Position numbers and translations under genes: made by a program. This document shows positions 10,648-20,062 of a stretch of DNA of 64,000 nucleotides, in pieces. Numbering within the stretch: position 1 is the first letter of the stretch; each line of letters opens with the position of its first letter. The notes beneath the pieces were generated by a model, which was not told the origin of the DNA, ran no database searches, and was given only the letters and a program-made list of their open reading frames with translations. Source of the DNA: an uncultured bacterium (lineage in GTDB: Bacteria; Bacillota_I; Bacilli_A; RFN20; CAG-826); contig CASGDR010000006.1 of NCBI GenBank assembly GCA_949300345.1, forward strand, positions 6,922 through 70,921, written 5' to 3'.

Positions 10648-11422
10648 CGGTTTCCTCCCTGAAAGAAGAGATGCTGATCGGGAAGCGGCTTTCCTCGAAT
10701 CTGAGGATGGCCCCTTCCACCACGGCCTTCCCCCTAAGGGGAATCCTAAAGCCTCGCGGGGAATCATAATAGAGCCTATCGATGACCGATTGGGCATCAA
10801 AGCCGATGATCCCGCCCTTATGGCCCGAAAAGCCAAGATCGGAAATAAAAGCCGTACCCTTGGGCAATATCTGAGCATCCGAAGTCTGCACGTGGGTATG
10901 GGTCCCTACGACCGCCGAAAGACGACCATCGAACATATGGGCAAACATGGCTTTCTCGGAAGTGGATTCCCCATGGAAGTCCACGATGTGGATTTCATCG
11001 CTAGGGAGCTTGTAGGAAAACTCATCGAAATAGTCGAAGGCGTTATACTCCGGAGTCGGGGATATAAAGGCATTGCCAAGCACGTTGCTTATCCTGACTT
11101 TGCGGCCCTTGAGTTCGATGATGGTCGAACCAAGTCCTCCGATTCCTTCCATGTTCATGGGACGGACAACCCGGTCGGTGGTCTTGATATAGGAGGTAAT
11201 CTCCTTCTTGCCTAGGACATGGTTACCCATGGTGAAGACATCGATGCCGGCCTCTTTCAATATCAGATAATCGGCCTTGGACATGCCCCGTCCGTTAGTG
11301 ACATTCTCGACGTTGGCACACACCAAATCGGCGTGGTAGCGGTCACGGAGGCGCAAACAAAGAAAGCGGACGGCTTCCCGTCCGATTTCCCCGACGATGT
11401 CCCCGATGAAGAGGATGACCAA
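10637..11422 (-). CDS. ymdB: YmdB family metallophosphoesterase
   Basis: LFIGDIVG, TMGNH, DFHGESTSEK, GTHTHVQT; TTG start after AAGGAG; follows rny. Confidence 0.92.
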   Translation of the reverse strand: MVILFIGDIVGEIGREAVRFLCLRLRDRYHADLVCANVENVTNGRGMSKADYLILKEAGIDVFTMGNHVLGKKEITSYIKTTDRVVRPMNMEGIGGLGSTIIELKGRKVRISNVLGNAFISPTPEYNAFDYFDEFSYKLPSDEIHIVDFHGESTSEKAMFAHMFDGRLSAVVGTHTHVQTSDAQILPKGTAFISDLGFSGHKGGIIGFDAQSVIDRLYYDSPRGFRIPLRGKAVVEGAILRFEESRFPISISSFREETDVI

Positions 11423-11432
11423 GGTTATCTCC

Positions 11433-13025
11433 TTACTTGGCTGTTTCCACCGCGCGGTATTCGCGGATGACGGAGACCTTGATCTGTCCCGGATAGGTGA
11501 GGGTCTTTTCAATTTCGTCCTTGATCTGGACCGACATCTTGATGGCTTCGGCATCGGAGACTTTCTCCGGGATGACCATCACGCGGATTTCGCGGCCAGA
11601 CTGCATGGCATAGGCCTGGGAAACCCCATCGTATTTCTTGGCCAGATTCTCAAGGGCCTCGATGCGTTTGACATAGGTTTCGACGGTCTCGCTCCTAGCC
11701 CCGGGGCGGGCAGCCGATAGGGTATCGGCAGCAGCTACCAGATGGGAGATGACATACTTGGCCGGTACGTCGCCATGGTGGGATTCGATGGAATTGATGA
11801 CCACATCGGGTTCCCCATATTTTTTAGCGAGTTCGGCGCCTAGGGCCACGTGTCCGCCTTCGAGTTCGAAGTCGACGGACTTGCCGATGTCATGGAGTAG
11901 ACCGGCCCGCTTGGCCAGATTCTGGTCCAGCCCGAGTTCGGCGGCCATCATGCCGGAGAGGTAGGCCACCTCAATGGAGTGGTCCAGGGCGTTCTGCCCA
12001 TAGGAAGTACGGTACTTCAGGCGGCCGACATATTGCAGCATTTCGCGGTTGATCTTGGGTAGTCCGAGCTTGAAAGCCGCAGCTTCGCCCGCCTTTTGCG
12101 CGGATTCGGCCACTTCGCGCTTGCACTTGGCAGCCACTTCTTCGATGCGTCCTGGTTGGATGCGCCCGTCCTTGATAAGGTATTCGAGGGTGCGCTTGGC
12201 CACTTCCCTACGGATGGGATCGAAGCAGCTGACGGTGATGACTTCGGGAGTATCATCGATGACAAGGTCGACGCCGAGGGCAGCCTCAAGGCTTCTGATA
12301 TTGCGGCCTTCGCGTCCGATGATGCGGCCCTTGAGTTCATCACTTGGAAGAGGGACGACCGAGACGTTTCTTTCGGTAGTGACGTCCTGGGCATACCTTT
12401 GGCAAGCCAAGGAAAGCAGGTCGATGGCCTTGGCCTCGGCGGTATCCCTGGCTTCGTCTTCGGCATTCTTGATATAGGTGGCTATTTCCACCGACATCTT
12501 GGACTCGACCCTGGCCATGATTTCGTCATGGGCTTCCTTGACGGAAAGTCCGGAGACCTTCTCGAGTTCGGCGATGATTGAATCGATCTTCTCTTCGAGT
12601 TCCGCCGATTTCTTTTCATTGGCCTCGATTTTCCTATCGAGGACTTCGTTCTTCTGTTCCAGGGAATTTTCCTTGGCTAGAAGCGCCCTTTCCTTTTCAT
12701 GAAGGGTTTGTTCGCGGATCTTAAGGCGCTGCTCTTCGGCAATGGCCTCACCCTTCATCTTCTGGATTTCGTTCTGGGCATTCTGCTTGGCCTGGAAAAT
12801 CCACTGCTTGGTATCCAGTTCGGCTTCCTTGCGGCGTTGTTCGGCCTTGATTTTGCCCTCGCGCATCATCTGGTCGACGGCTTTCTTGGCCGACTTCTTC
12901 CTGAGGCTAGGCAAGAGGCGGTAGATTAGGAAAACGACGAGTCCTCCTATGATTAGGCAGCCGATGGCGATAAGCAAAACCGCCCACCAATCCAAGACTA
13001 CCTGAAGAATGGCTAATTGGATCAT
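11433..13025 (-). CDS. rny: Ribonuclease Y
   Basis: N-terminal TM, coiled coil, KH (KGRIIGREGRNIR), HD (LLHDIGK), SAARPGAR. Confidence 0.97.
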   Translation of the reverse strand: MIQLAILQVVLDWWAVLLIAIGCLIIGGLVVFLIYRLLPSLRKKSAKKAVDQMMREGKIKAEQRRKEAELDTKQWIFQAKQNAQNEIQKMKGEAIAEEQRLKIREQTLHEKERALLAKENSLEQKNEVLDRKIEANEKKSAELEEKIDSIIAELEKVSGLSVKEAHDEIMARVESKMSVEIATYIKNAEDEARDTAEAKAIDLLSLACQRYAQDVTTERNVSVVPLPSDELKGRIIGREGRNIRSLEAALGVDLVIDDTPEVITVSCFDPIRREVAKRTLEYLIKDGRIQPGRIEEVAAKCKREVAESAQKAGEAAAFKLGLPKINREMLQYVGRLKYRTSYGQNALDHSIEVAYLSGMMAAELGLDQNLAKRAGLLHDIGKSVDFELEGGHVALGAELAKKYGEPDVVINSIESHHGDVPAKYVISHLVAAADTLSAARPGARSETVETYVKRIEALENLAKKYDGVSQAYAMQSGREIRVMVIPEKVSDAEAIKMSVQIKDEIEKTLTYPGQIKVSVIREYRAVETAK

Positions 13026-13286
13026 TTCAAACTCCTAGGTTATTTAAAATACTTAGTCCGAGGACCCGTTCAGGGTAGAGGTTTATGCAAATCCGCATAG
13101 CGGTTTTGGGTGTTCTACGGGCTCAGGTCGTTCGGAGCCAAGGAAATGATAACAACTTAGCCTTCCTTTAAAAAGCGCAAATAGGACAAGTAAAAACCTA
13201 TGGTTTCACGAACGGCTTGCCCTACTTTCAAAAAGTCCGCAAAACGGCCTTATCTTTACAAAAAGCCAATGAAGGCAAGTTCGCCG

Positions 13287-13310
13287 AAAAGAAAAGGGGC
13301 CGAAGCCCCT
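13287..13310 (-). terminator. Intrinsic terminator after recA
   Basis: AGGGGC-TTCG-GCCCCT followed by T-tract on minus strand. Confidence 0.85.
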
Positions 13311-13317
13311 AGATGGT

Positions 13318-14307
13318 TCAGGAAGCAAGGGATTCCTTGACCTTGGCCTTTATGTCCTCGTAGAGCTCTGGATGGCTTTCGAGATAGCTCTTGGCAGCCT
13401 CGCGGCCGTTTCCGATCTTCTCGCCCAAGTGGGTATACCAGTTTCCCGACTTTTCAATGAAGTTCTTGGCCACGGCGAGATCGAGCAGCTCCCCGGTCTG
13501 GGAAATTCCCTTTCCGTAGATGATTTCGATTTCGCAGGTCTTAAAGGGAGGCGACACCTTGTTCTTCACGACCTTGACCTTGACGACGTTTCCGACCAGC
13601 TCGGACCCGTTTTTGATGGCGTCCGCCCTTCTGATGTCTAGCCTCAGCGAGGCATAGAACTTGAGGGCGCGTCCGCCGGTCGTGGTTTCGGGATTGCCAT
13701 AGATGACCCCGACCTTCTCGCGGAGCTGGTTGATGAAGATGACCAAGCAGTTGGTCTTGTCCAGGATACCGGCTAGTTTGCGCATGGCCTTGGACATCAA
13801 GCGGGCCTGAAGGCCGACCTGATTGTCGGTCATCACTCCGTCGAGTTCGGCTTGGGGTACGAGGGCGGCAACCGAGTCGACTACGATCATGTCGATGGCA
13901 CCCGAGGCCGATAGCATGGCCACGATTTCTAAGGCCTGTTCCCCGGAGTCGGGCTGGGCAAGGATGAGTTCGCTGGTGTTCACCCCGATGGCGGCAGCGT
14001 ATTCGGGATCGATGGAATGTTCGGCGTCGATGTAGGCAGCCCTACCGCCCTTCTTCTGGCATTCGGCCACAGCCGAAAGGGCCAATGTGGTCTTGCCCGA
14101 GGATTCGGGACCGTAGATTTCCACTATACGGCCTTTGGGATAACCCCCGACACCGATGGCCTGATCGAGCAAAAGCGATCCGCTGGGTATGACATCGACC
14201 CTGACGGTCGGATGGTCGCCCAGCTTCATGACCGAGCCTTTGCCATAGGCCTTTTCGATGGACTTTAGGGCTTCCTGAAGGGCTTTTTCTTTATTAAGTT
14301 CTGGCAT
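13318..14307 (-). CDS. recA: Recombinase RecA
   Basis: [28 protein letters not shown]. Confidence 0.99.
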   Translation of the reverse strand: MPELNKEKALQEALKSIEKAYGKGSVMKLGDHPTVRVDVIPSGSLLLDQAIGVGGYPKGRIVEIYGPESSGKTTLALSAVAECQKKGGRAAYIDAEHSIDPEYAAAIGVNTSELILAQPDSGEQALEIVAMLSASGAIDMIVVDSVAALVPQAELDGVMTDNQVGLQARLMSKAMRKLAGILDKTNCLVIFINQLREKVGVIYGNPETTTGGRALKFYASLRLDIRRADAIKNGSELVGNVVKVKVVKNKVSPPFKTCEIEIIYGKGISQTGELLDLAVAKNFIEKSGNWYTHLGEKIGNGREAAKSYLESHPELYEDIKAKVKESLAS

Positions 14308-14353
14308 TTACATAGCCTCCTACTATTAAGTAGCCGGTTTAGCGGCGATAGTA

Positions 14354-14818
14354 TCAAATTTGCTTCAAAAGATATTCGAGGGCCAGCTTCACGGCCGCGT
14401 TCCTTATCTCATCGCGCGTGCCTTTGAAGCGGCAATGTAGCACCAAGACCCGGTCCTTGTCGGCAATCCCGATAAAAGATTCCCCCACCTTGTCGTTCTT
14501 GGACTCTAGGGTCGGCCCGGCATCACCGGTAAAGGAAACGCAGATGTCAGAGCCAAGGGCCTTACGTCCGTTTTTGGCCATGAGGGAGGCCACTTGCATG
14601 GAGACCACGCCTTTCTCCTCAATGGTGGAGGTTGGAACCCCAAGCAAAGAAGTCTTGACCGCAGGGTCATAGGATATGATGGCCCCTTTGAAGACCTTCG
14701 AGGCTCCGGGAACGGAGACCACCGAATCGGCAAAGCGCCCTCCGGTGAAGGATTCGGCCGATGATAGGGTCAGTCCCTTGCTGGCAAGGGTTTCCACCAG
14801 GGTCTTGAAATCAAGCAT
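14354..14818 (-). CDS. cinA: CinA C-terminal domain / NMN amidohydrolase (PncC-like)
   Basis: AESFTGG, SVPGAS, FTGDAGP; lies between pgsA and recA. Confidence 0.85.
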   Translation of the reverse strand: MLDFKTLVETLASKGLTLSSAESFTGGRFADSVVSVPGASKVFKGAIISYDPAVKTSLLGVPTSTIEEKGVVSMQVASLMAKNGRKALGSDICVSFTGDAGPTLESKNDKVGESFIGIADKDRVLVLHCRFKGTRDEIRNAAVKLALEYLLKQI

Positions 14819-15446
14819 TTCCTTGCTCCTTGAGGACATGGCGGTTGCCCCAGATGTAGATGACTCCGGAAATCAAAGAGACGAGGGTGGCCAGATAGAC
14901 CAGGATATCGGCAATCCGGCAGTAGGTCCAGGAGGCATCGAAATAGCTAAAGGGCCAGCCATTGAGAAGGACCACGGGGATGGAAACCATCTGTAGGACG
15001 GTCTTTAATTTCCCCCATTTGTTGGCGGCCAGTACGACGTTTTTCCTCGCCGCCAATAGACGGAGCCCGTCAACCGCAAAATCGCGTCCGATCATCAGAC
15101 AGACAAAGATGGGATTGATGACCATCGAGGATTCGAATGACCAAGGGACCACCAGGAAGACCAGGGTAAGGTCGACCAATAGCTTATCGGCAATGGGATC
15201 GAGGAATTTTCCAAGATCGGTGACCTGATGCCATTTCCTAGCCAAATAGCCGTCCAAAAAGTCGGTAAAGGCCGCGAAGATGAAGAAACAGCACGTAAAT
15301 AGCCTGACCGGCCCGAAGCCGGAATTGCCAATATCCGAAAAATGGATGAGGCCTTGGCTACCGAGAATCTGAAAGACCCCGAGTACAAGCACGAGGAGGG
15401 CAATGGCCACGATTCTGGTTACGGTGATTCTGGTTGGGATGTTCAT
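14811..15446 (-). CDS. pgsA: CDP-diacylglycerol--glycerol-3-phosphate 3-phosphatidyltransferase
   Basis: TDFLDGYLAR...GKFLDPIADK. Confidence 0.95.
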   Translation of the reverse strand: MNIPTRITVTRIVAIALLVLVLGVFQILGSQGLIHFSDIGNSGFGPVRLFTCCFFIFAAFTDFLDGYLARKWHQVTDLGKFLDPIADKLLVDLTLVFLVVPWSFESSMVINPIFVCLMIGRDFAVDGLRLLAARKNVVLAANKWGKLKTVLQMVSIPVVLLNGWPFSYFDASWTYCRIADILVYLATLVSLISGVIYIWGNRHVLKEQGNA

Positions 15447-15460
15447 ACGCTTTTTTTGAG

Positions 15461-15788
15461 TATCCGGCCCTATAAGCCATGTTCTGTCGAGGACGTAGAT
15501 TAATCTCGGACTTGCCGGGGTACCGTGGCTTCAGTTCGCCCGGTTCCCTTCCCCTACCAAATTTGGGTTTCTCGCTTGTGGGGTTTACCGCGTTTCATCC
15601 AGGCATCGCTGCCTGGCTCGTCTCTGTGGCACCTTAGGGAACTTCTTCTCAGTAAGAAGTCGTTCCGCCGTTATGCGCTCCCGCATACCCAAGCTTATCG
15701 TTTCGCTTGGCGCAATCACTACGGCCATCGCAGGCCGTGCGAGCATGGACTTTCCTCTGGCTAGGCCAGCCTCCGTCCGGGCCGGATA
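15461..15788 (-). ncRNA. rnpB: RNase P RNA (B-type)
   Basis: GAGGAAAGTCCATGCTC near 5' end, ACAGAACATGGCTTA near 3' end, P1 TATCCGGCCC/GGGCCGGATA; directly downstream of gpsB as in Bacilli. Confidence 0.96.
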
Positions 15789-15790
15789 TA

Positions 15791-16210
15791 TTATTTCTTG
15801 ATTCCCGAGGCGATGTCCTTGGGATCATAGCCGTGGCTATATAGGAATTCCTCATAGGCCCTGCACTTCCTAAGAAGCGAGAGGTTTTCCGAGGTCGGGG
15901 CATCGCCAGGCCTGATGGCCCCGAGGCGGTTTTCCATGGAAGCGTTCTTGATTTCCAGCTCGCGCTTGGCCTCGGCCATCTTGGAAAGTCCTTCCCTGAG
16001 GGCCCGGATTTCATCCTGCAGGGCGAGCAGTTGTTCGTCCTTTTTGGAAGCACCGTCCTTCCCCTCTTCAAGCAGGGCTTCGAACTCTTGGTAATCCTTG
16101 ATGATTTCGTCAAGGAATACGTCGACTTCGTAGGCGTCATAGCCCTTGACGTCCTTCTTGAAGCGGTGGTTGAGGATATCTTTTGCGCTGAGGCGGTTTC
16201 TTGTTTCCAT
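15791..16210 (-). CDS. gpsB: DivIVA-domain protein GpsB
   Basis: LSAKDILNHRFKKDVKGYDAYEVDVFLDEII; C-terminal NLSLLRK; upstream of rnpB. Confidence 0.85.
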   Translation of the reverse strand: METRNRLSAKDILNHRFKKDVKGYDAYEVDVFLDEIIKDYQEFEALLEEGKDGASKKDEQLLALQDEIRALREGLSKMAEAKRELEIKNASMENRLGAIRPGDAPTSENLSLLRKCRAYEEFLYSHGYDPKDIASGIKK

Positions 16211-16338
16211 GTTCGCCTTTTCGATTATATCGAAGCTTGGGGAAAACTGGTATAGGAGTGTTGCTATTTGGGCAATGCGCTACCTTTTGCATCATCCTTC
16301 CCCGTGTTAGGCCAAACCCAAAATGGGATAATAGAACA

Positions 16339-17064
16339 GTGAAAGCCCTCAACAAGGCCCTTAGGGGCAAAACCAAAATCTGCTTCATGGATTTCGAAGG
16401 AACCCAGATCGAGGGGCAGATGATCGCCCTTGGGGCCTTCAAGTGCGACCTCTATGGGGATGGCACGATCAAAAAGCGCTACCCCGGCATCATGACATTG
16501 GTCAAATCAAAGGATCGGGTCGGCTATTACGTCAGGCAATTGACCGGAATCACCGATTGGGATCTCTCCCATAAGGGAGTTGCCGTTTCCGCGGCCATCG
16601 AGCAGTTAAGGCGTTACGTGGGGCCCAATCCCGAGGATTACATCTATTGCTGCTATGGCAACAATGACCTGCGGATCATCAATCAGTCCTACCTCATCGA
16701 TACGGATGCCGATTTGGAGTTCCTAAGACTTATCAAAAGGAACTTTTTGGACTACGCCTCCTTTCTGAAGCGCTTCGTAAGCGATGAGCATAACAACACC
16801 ATTTCCCTTGGCAATGCCCTGAAGATGTTCGGGGTCAACTTTGTGGGGGTAGCCCATAAACCATTGGATGATGCCCATAACCTCATGCTTCTTTATGATG
16901 CCGTACTCAATAACCACGACATCTTAATGAGACAGTTCGAACTCACCCTCACCAAGTCCCATAGCATGCCTACCCCCATCAGGAAACTCATGGACGAACT
17001 CGAAAAGAAAGGCCAGGTCAACAAAGAGGACTTTGAGCGCTTTATCAAGGAGGCCATCTCATGA
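16339..17064 (+). CDS. DEDDh 3'-5' exonuclease family protein
   Basis: DFEGT, LTGIT, AHKPLDDA; GTG start chosen from -10 box 6 nt upstream. Confidence 0.8.
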   Translation: MKALNKALRGKTKICFMDFEGTQIEGQMIALGAFKCDLYGDGTIKKRYPGIMTLVKSKDRVGYYVRQLTGITDWDLSHKGVAVSAAIEQLRRYVGPNPEDYIYCCYGNNDLRIINQSYLIDTDADLEFLRLIKRNFLDYASFLKRFVSDEHNNTISLGNALKMFGVNFVGVAHKPLDDAHNLMLLYDAVLNNHDILMRQFELTLTKSHSMPTPIRKLMDELEKKGQVNKEDFERFIKEAIS

Positions 17065-17648
17065 TCAAATACCCTAACGGACAGCCTTCAAATTTCCACA
17101 AGAAGGAAAGGAAAACCTCTGTGGCTAGGTCAATTTCCTCCGCCAATAGGGGCATGGATTTCGAGACCGACATCAACCTCTCCTGCGAATACTATAAGGA
17201 AAAGGGACTAGCCCTCATCACCAAGCGACCCACACCCATCAACGTGGTCAAGGTCGATTATTCCAAAGGGGCCATGATCACCCACGCCTATTTCGAGAAG
17301 CAGTCGACCACCGACTATAACGGAGTCTATAAAGGCAAGTACCTCGATTTCGAAGCCAAGGAGACCAAGTCCAAGACTTCCTTTCCTTTGAATAACATCG
17401 CTCCCCAGCAGGTCGAACATCTGCTTGGGGTCATTAGGCACGGGGGCATTGCCTTCTTCCTCATTAGGCTCATCTCTCTAGGAGAAACCTACCTTTTAAA
17501 AGCTGATTACATCTGCGGCTTCTATAATGAAAAACCCCGCAAATCCATTCCCGTTAGTGAGATAAAGGAACACGGGATCTTAGTAAAAAAAGGCTATAAT
17601 CCCCGCTATCTCTTCTTGGAAGCGGTCGACGAGGCCTTCTTCAGATAA
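17061..17648 (+). CDS. recU: Holliday junction resolvase RecU
   Basis: NRGMDFE, KRPTP, STTDYNGVYKG, DFEAKET. Confidence 0.95.
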   Translation: MIKYPNGQPSNFHKKERKTSVARSISSANRGMDFETDINLSCEYYKEKGLALITKRPTPINVVKVDYSKGAMITHAYFEKQSTTDYNGVYKGKYLDFEAKETKSKTSFPLNNIAPQQVEHLLGVIRHGGIAFFLIRLISLGETYLLKADYICGFYNEKPRKSIPVSEIKEHGILVKKGYNPRYLFLEAVDEAFFR

Positions 17649-18256
17649 GGGCACATTGCAAAAGGACACCTACCGCATTCAGGCTTTTTGGCGTGGCAGA
17701 TATCCCTACCGAACGCGATGAACCGATGATGCAGGGGAATCCACTTTTCCATGGGGAAGATGGACTCGAGTTTCTTTTCGATCTTATAGGCATCTAGCCC
17801 TTCCTTGGTGTAGCCCAAACGGTAGGAAACCCTGGTTATATGGGTATCCACCGGCATGGCGGGGCGCTGGATGATTTCGGCCAATACCACCCCTGCCGTC
17901 TTCTTGCCCACTCCCGGCAGGCTTATGAGAGTGTCGAAATCTAAAGGGACTTCCCCGTTATGATCTTTGACCAAGGCCCTGGAAAGAGCCACGAGGTTCT
18001 TGGCCTTGTTCTGATAAAGCCCGATGCTTCTTATATAAGGAATCAGATCCACGGGTTCGGCTTTGGCCATCTCCGTGGCGTTTGGGTATCTTGCAAAGAG
18101 GGATGGCGTAGCCAGATTGACCGATTTATCGGTTGCCTGGGCGGATAAGGCTACGGACACCAAAGCCTCAAAGGCATTATGGAAATCAAGGCTGCACTTG
18201 GCCTCTGGATATAAGGATTCGAGTTCCTTTATTAGGAAGAAGGGATCAATCCTCAC
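17606..18256 (-). CDS. nth: Endonuclease III
   Basis: LSAQATDKSVN, HhH LPGVGKKTA, VDTH, 4Fe-4S Cys cluster. Confidence 0.95.
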   Translation of the reverse strand: MRIDPFFLIKELESLYPEAKCSLDFHNAFEALVSVALSAQATDKSVNLATPSLFARYPNATEMAKAEPVDLIPYIRSIGLYQNKAKNLVALSRALVKDHNGEVPLDFDTLISLPGVGKKTAGVVLAEIIQRPAMPVDTHITRVSYRLGYTKEGLDAYKIEKKLESIFPMEKWIPLHHRFIAFGRDICHAKKPECGRCPFAMCPYLKKASSTASKKR

Positions 18257-18899
18257 CGAAGAGCTCCCGGGCCGCCTTCATGGTTTGGGTGATGTCCTTA
18301 TCATAGGTGGAAGAAACCATGCTGTTGCCTTCCTTGGCCACGTCCTGCTTCCTCCTATTGCGGCGCAGGGCCTTCTGGAAACCATTGAAGTTCCTGATCC
18401 CTTCGCCCAAACAATCAAGGACGGCATTCTTTATCTCGTCGGGCTTATAGCCGGCGATGAACCATTCCTGCAAAGTCGACTGTTCGATGGGGGAAAGTCC
18501 CCTATCGAGCTTTTCTTCGAAGAAGGCGCCCATCTTGGATAATTCTTCCATCCTCTTGGCGTCCATCTGGGTGACCTGCTCCTTTTCAAGGCGCTTGGCC
18601 AAATCCTCATAGAGTTTTTCCTTGAGCACGTCGAGGTTGATGCTGAGCCCCTCTTCATTTGCCTTATAGGAGATGAGGCCCCTTCTCAATAAGCCGCCCA
18701 AGGTAGCGTCGATGTCTTTGATCTTCAGGCTCATCTTCAAAGACAATACATCGGCGGTGACCATCGAATTCCCCTGCTTGAGCAGGTGTTCCACCATCAG
18801 GATGACGGCAAGGTCGTTCTCATTGAGATTGAGGGCTTTGTACCCTTCAAGCAGGGCGTAGGTGAAGTCCACCGCACCGTAGAGGCTATTCTTCTTCAT
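18246..18899 (-). CDS. dnaD: DnaD domain replication protein
   Basis: N-terminal wHTH, FEEKLDRGLSPIE; dnaD-nth synteny. Confidence 0.8.
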   Translation of the reverse strand: MKKNSLYGAVDFTYALLEGYKALNLNENDLAVILMVEHLLKQGNSMVTADVLSLKMSLKIKDIDATLGGLLRRGLISYKANEEGLSINLDVLKEKLYEDLAKRLEKEQVTQMDAKRMEELSKMGAFFEEKLDRGLSPIEQSTLQEWFIAGYKPDEIKNAVLDCLGEGIRNFNGFQKALRRNRRKQDVAKEGNSMVSSTYDKDITQTMKAARELFGED

Positions 18900-19506
18900 A
18901 TTGGGCCAGCTTCCTTTCTTCGAGCAGTATTTTGTCTTTGTTGAGCTTCTCTAGCAAATATTCCCCTTCTTCTATCGCCCTTTGGGTATCCTTGGCAAGG
19001 CTAAAGCCGAGGACTTTCTGAAAGCGGCGGGCCCTAAGGATCCTAAGGGGGTCTTCCTTCACTCGTTTATTGGGGTCGCCGATGAAGCGGATTACCTTTT
19101 CCTTGAGGTCCACCAGTCCCCCGCAGTAATCGATGACGTGGTAGTCCTTGTCCAAATATATGGCATTGATGGTGAAATCCCGCCTTTGGTAATCGAAGAT
19201 GGGGTCTTTGACGAACTTCACCTTTCCCGGGTGGCGGAAATCCTTGTAGTCGGATTCTTCCCTGAGGGTGGTGATATCCACCTTCATTCCATCAATCTTG
19301 ATGGAGATGCTACCAAACCTAGCAAAGGCAAAGTCGGCTCCCTCTAGGAAGGACATCTCCTCAGGCGTCGCATCGGTGGCGAAGTCAAAGTCCATGATCT
19401 TCCGGCCAAGCAGCAGATCCCTTGATGTTCCTCCGACGATATATAGATCATGCCCCATGTCGGAAAACACCCTCGATAGACCATCATAGATAGCTAGGCG
19501 TTCCAC
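18886..19506 (-). CDS. cca: CCA tRNA nucleotidyltransferase, short form (head/neck only)
   Basis: VGGTSRDLLLG-DFDFAT, RRDFTINA, EDPLRILRA; only 206 aa. Confidence 0.82.
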   Translation of the reverse strand: MERLAIYDGLSRVFSDMGHDLYIVGGTSRDLLLGRKIMDFDFATDATPEEMSFLEGADFAFARFGSISIKIDGMKVDITTLREESDYKDFRHPGKVKFVKDPIFDYQRRDFTINAIYLDKDYHVIDYCGGLVDLKEKVIRFIGDPNKRVKEDPLRILRARRFQKVLGFSLAKDTQRAIEEGEYLLEKLNKDKILLEERKLAQYEEE

Positions 19507-19523
19507 GCTAAGGATGATACATC

Positions 19524-19546
19524 AAAAAAGCCTCCGAAGAGGCTTC
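19524..19546 (-). terminator. Intrinsic terminator after HU gene
   Basis: AAGCCTC-TTCG-GAGGCTT followed by T-tract. Confidence 0.8.
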
Positions 19547-19580
19547 ATTTGGTTATAGATCCTAAAGTTGATTCCTAAGC

Positions 19581-19856
19581 TTACTTGTTGAGCTTTTCCT
19601 TGAGGGGCTTGCTGACCTTGAAGGAAACGGTGCTGGAGGCCGGGATGTGGATCTTGACCTGAGTGGAGGGATTGGTGCCGTCGCGGGCAGCGCGGACCTT
19701 CTTGGAGAAGATGCCGAATCCGGAAATCTTCACTTCTTCGCCGCGGGCAAGGGCCTCAACGATTCCGTCGAGTAGGGCTTCGACAGCTTTTTCAGCGTCA
19801 ACTTTGGTGAGTTCCGCTTTGTCTGCGACCAAAGCGATCAGATCAGTTTTGTTCAT
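19581..19856 (-). CDS. hup: DNA-binding protein HU
   Basis: MNKTDLI...ISGFGIF...RAARDGTNP. Confidence 0.95.
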   Translation of the reverse strand: MNKTDLIALVADKAELTKVDAEKAVEALLDGIVEALARGEEVKISGFGIFSKKVRAARDGTNPSTQVKIHIPASSTVSFKVSKPLKEKLNK

Positions 19857-20062
19857 TCTTTTAGAATCTCCTTTCGATCTATAGCCATAAACTAGCATGG
19901 CATCTGAACTTTTGCAAACTTTTTCGGAATAAAACGATGTTTGGAAAACCCCGATGGCACCTAGATTTCCCTTTTTGAAAACAGCGGTCTGGTAGCCATT
20001 AGGAACCAAAAAGCAAAAATCCCTTCCAAAGGAAGGGAAAAGTATCGGCCATTGCTAGGAAA

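Noticed and set aside
10648-10878. N-terminal extension of the 656-aa MiaB ORF (similar extensions on ymdB, hup, ribU, anti-sigma and the 40304 lipoprotein)
   Set aside because: Artefacts of longest-ORF calling that overlap upstream genes or regulatory RNA; better starts exist downstream.
14308-14353. LexA (SOS) box upstream of recA
   Set aside because: No CGAAC-N4-GTTCG-like site visible.
15525-15764. 79-aa ORF on the plus strand
   Set aside because: Antisense to RNase P RNA.
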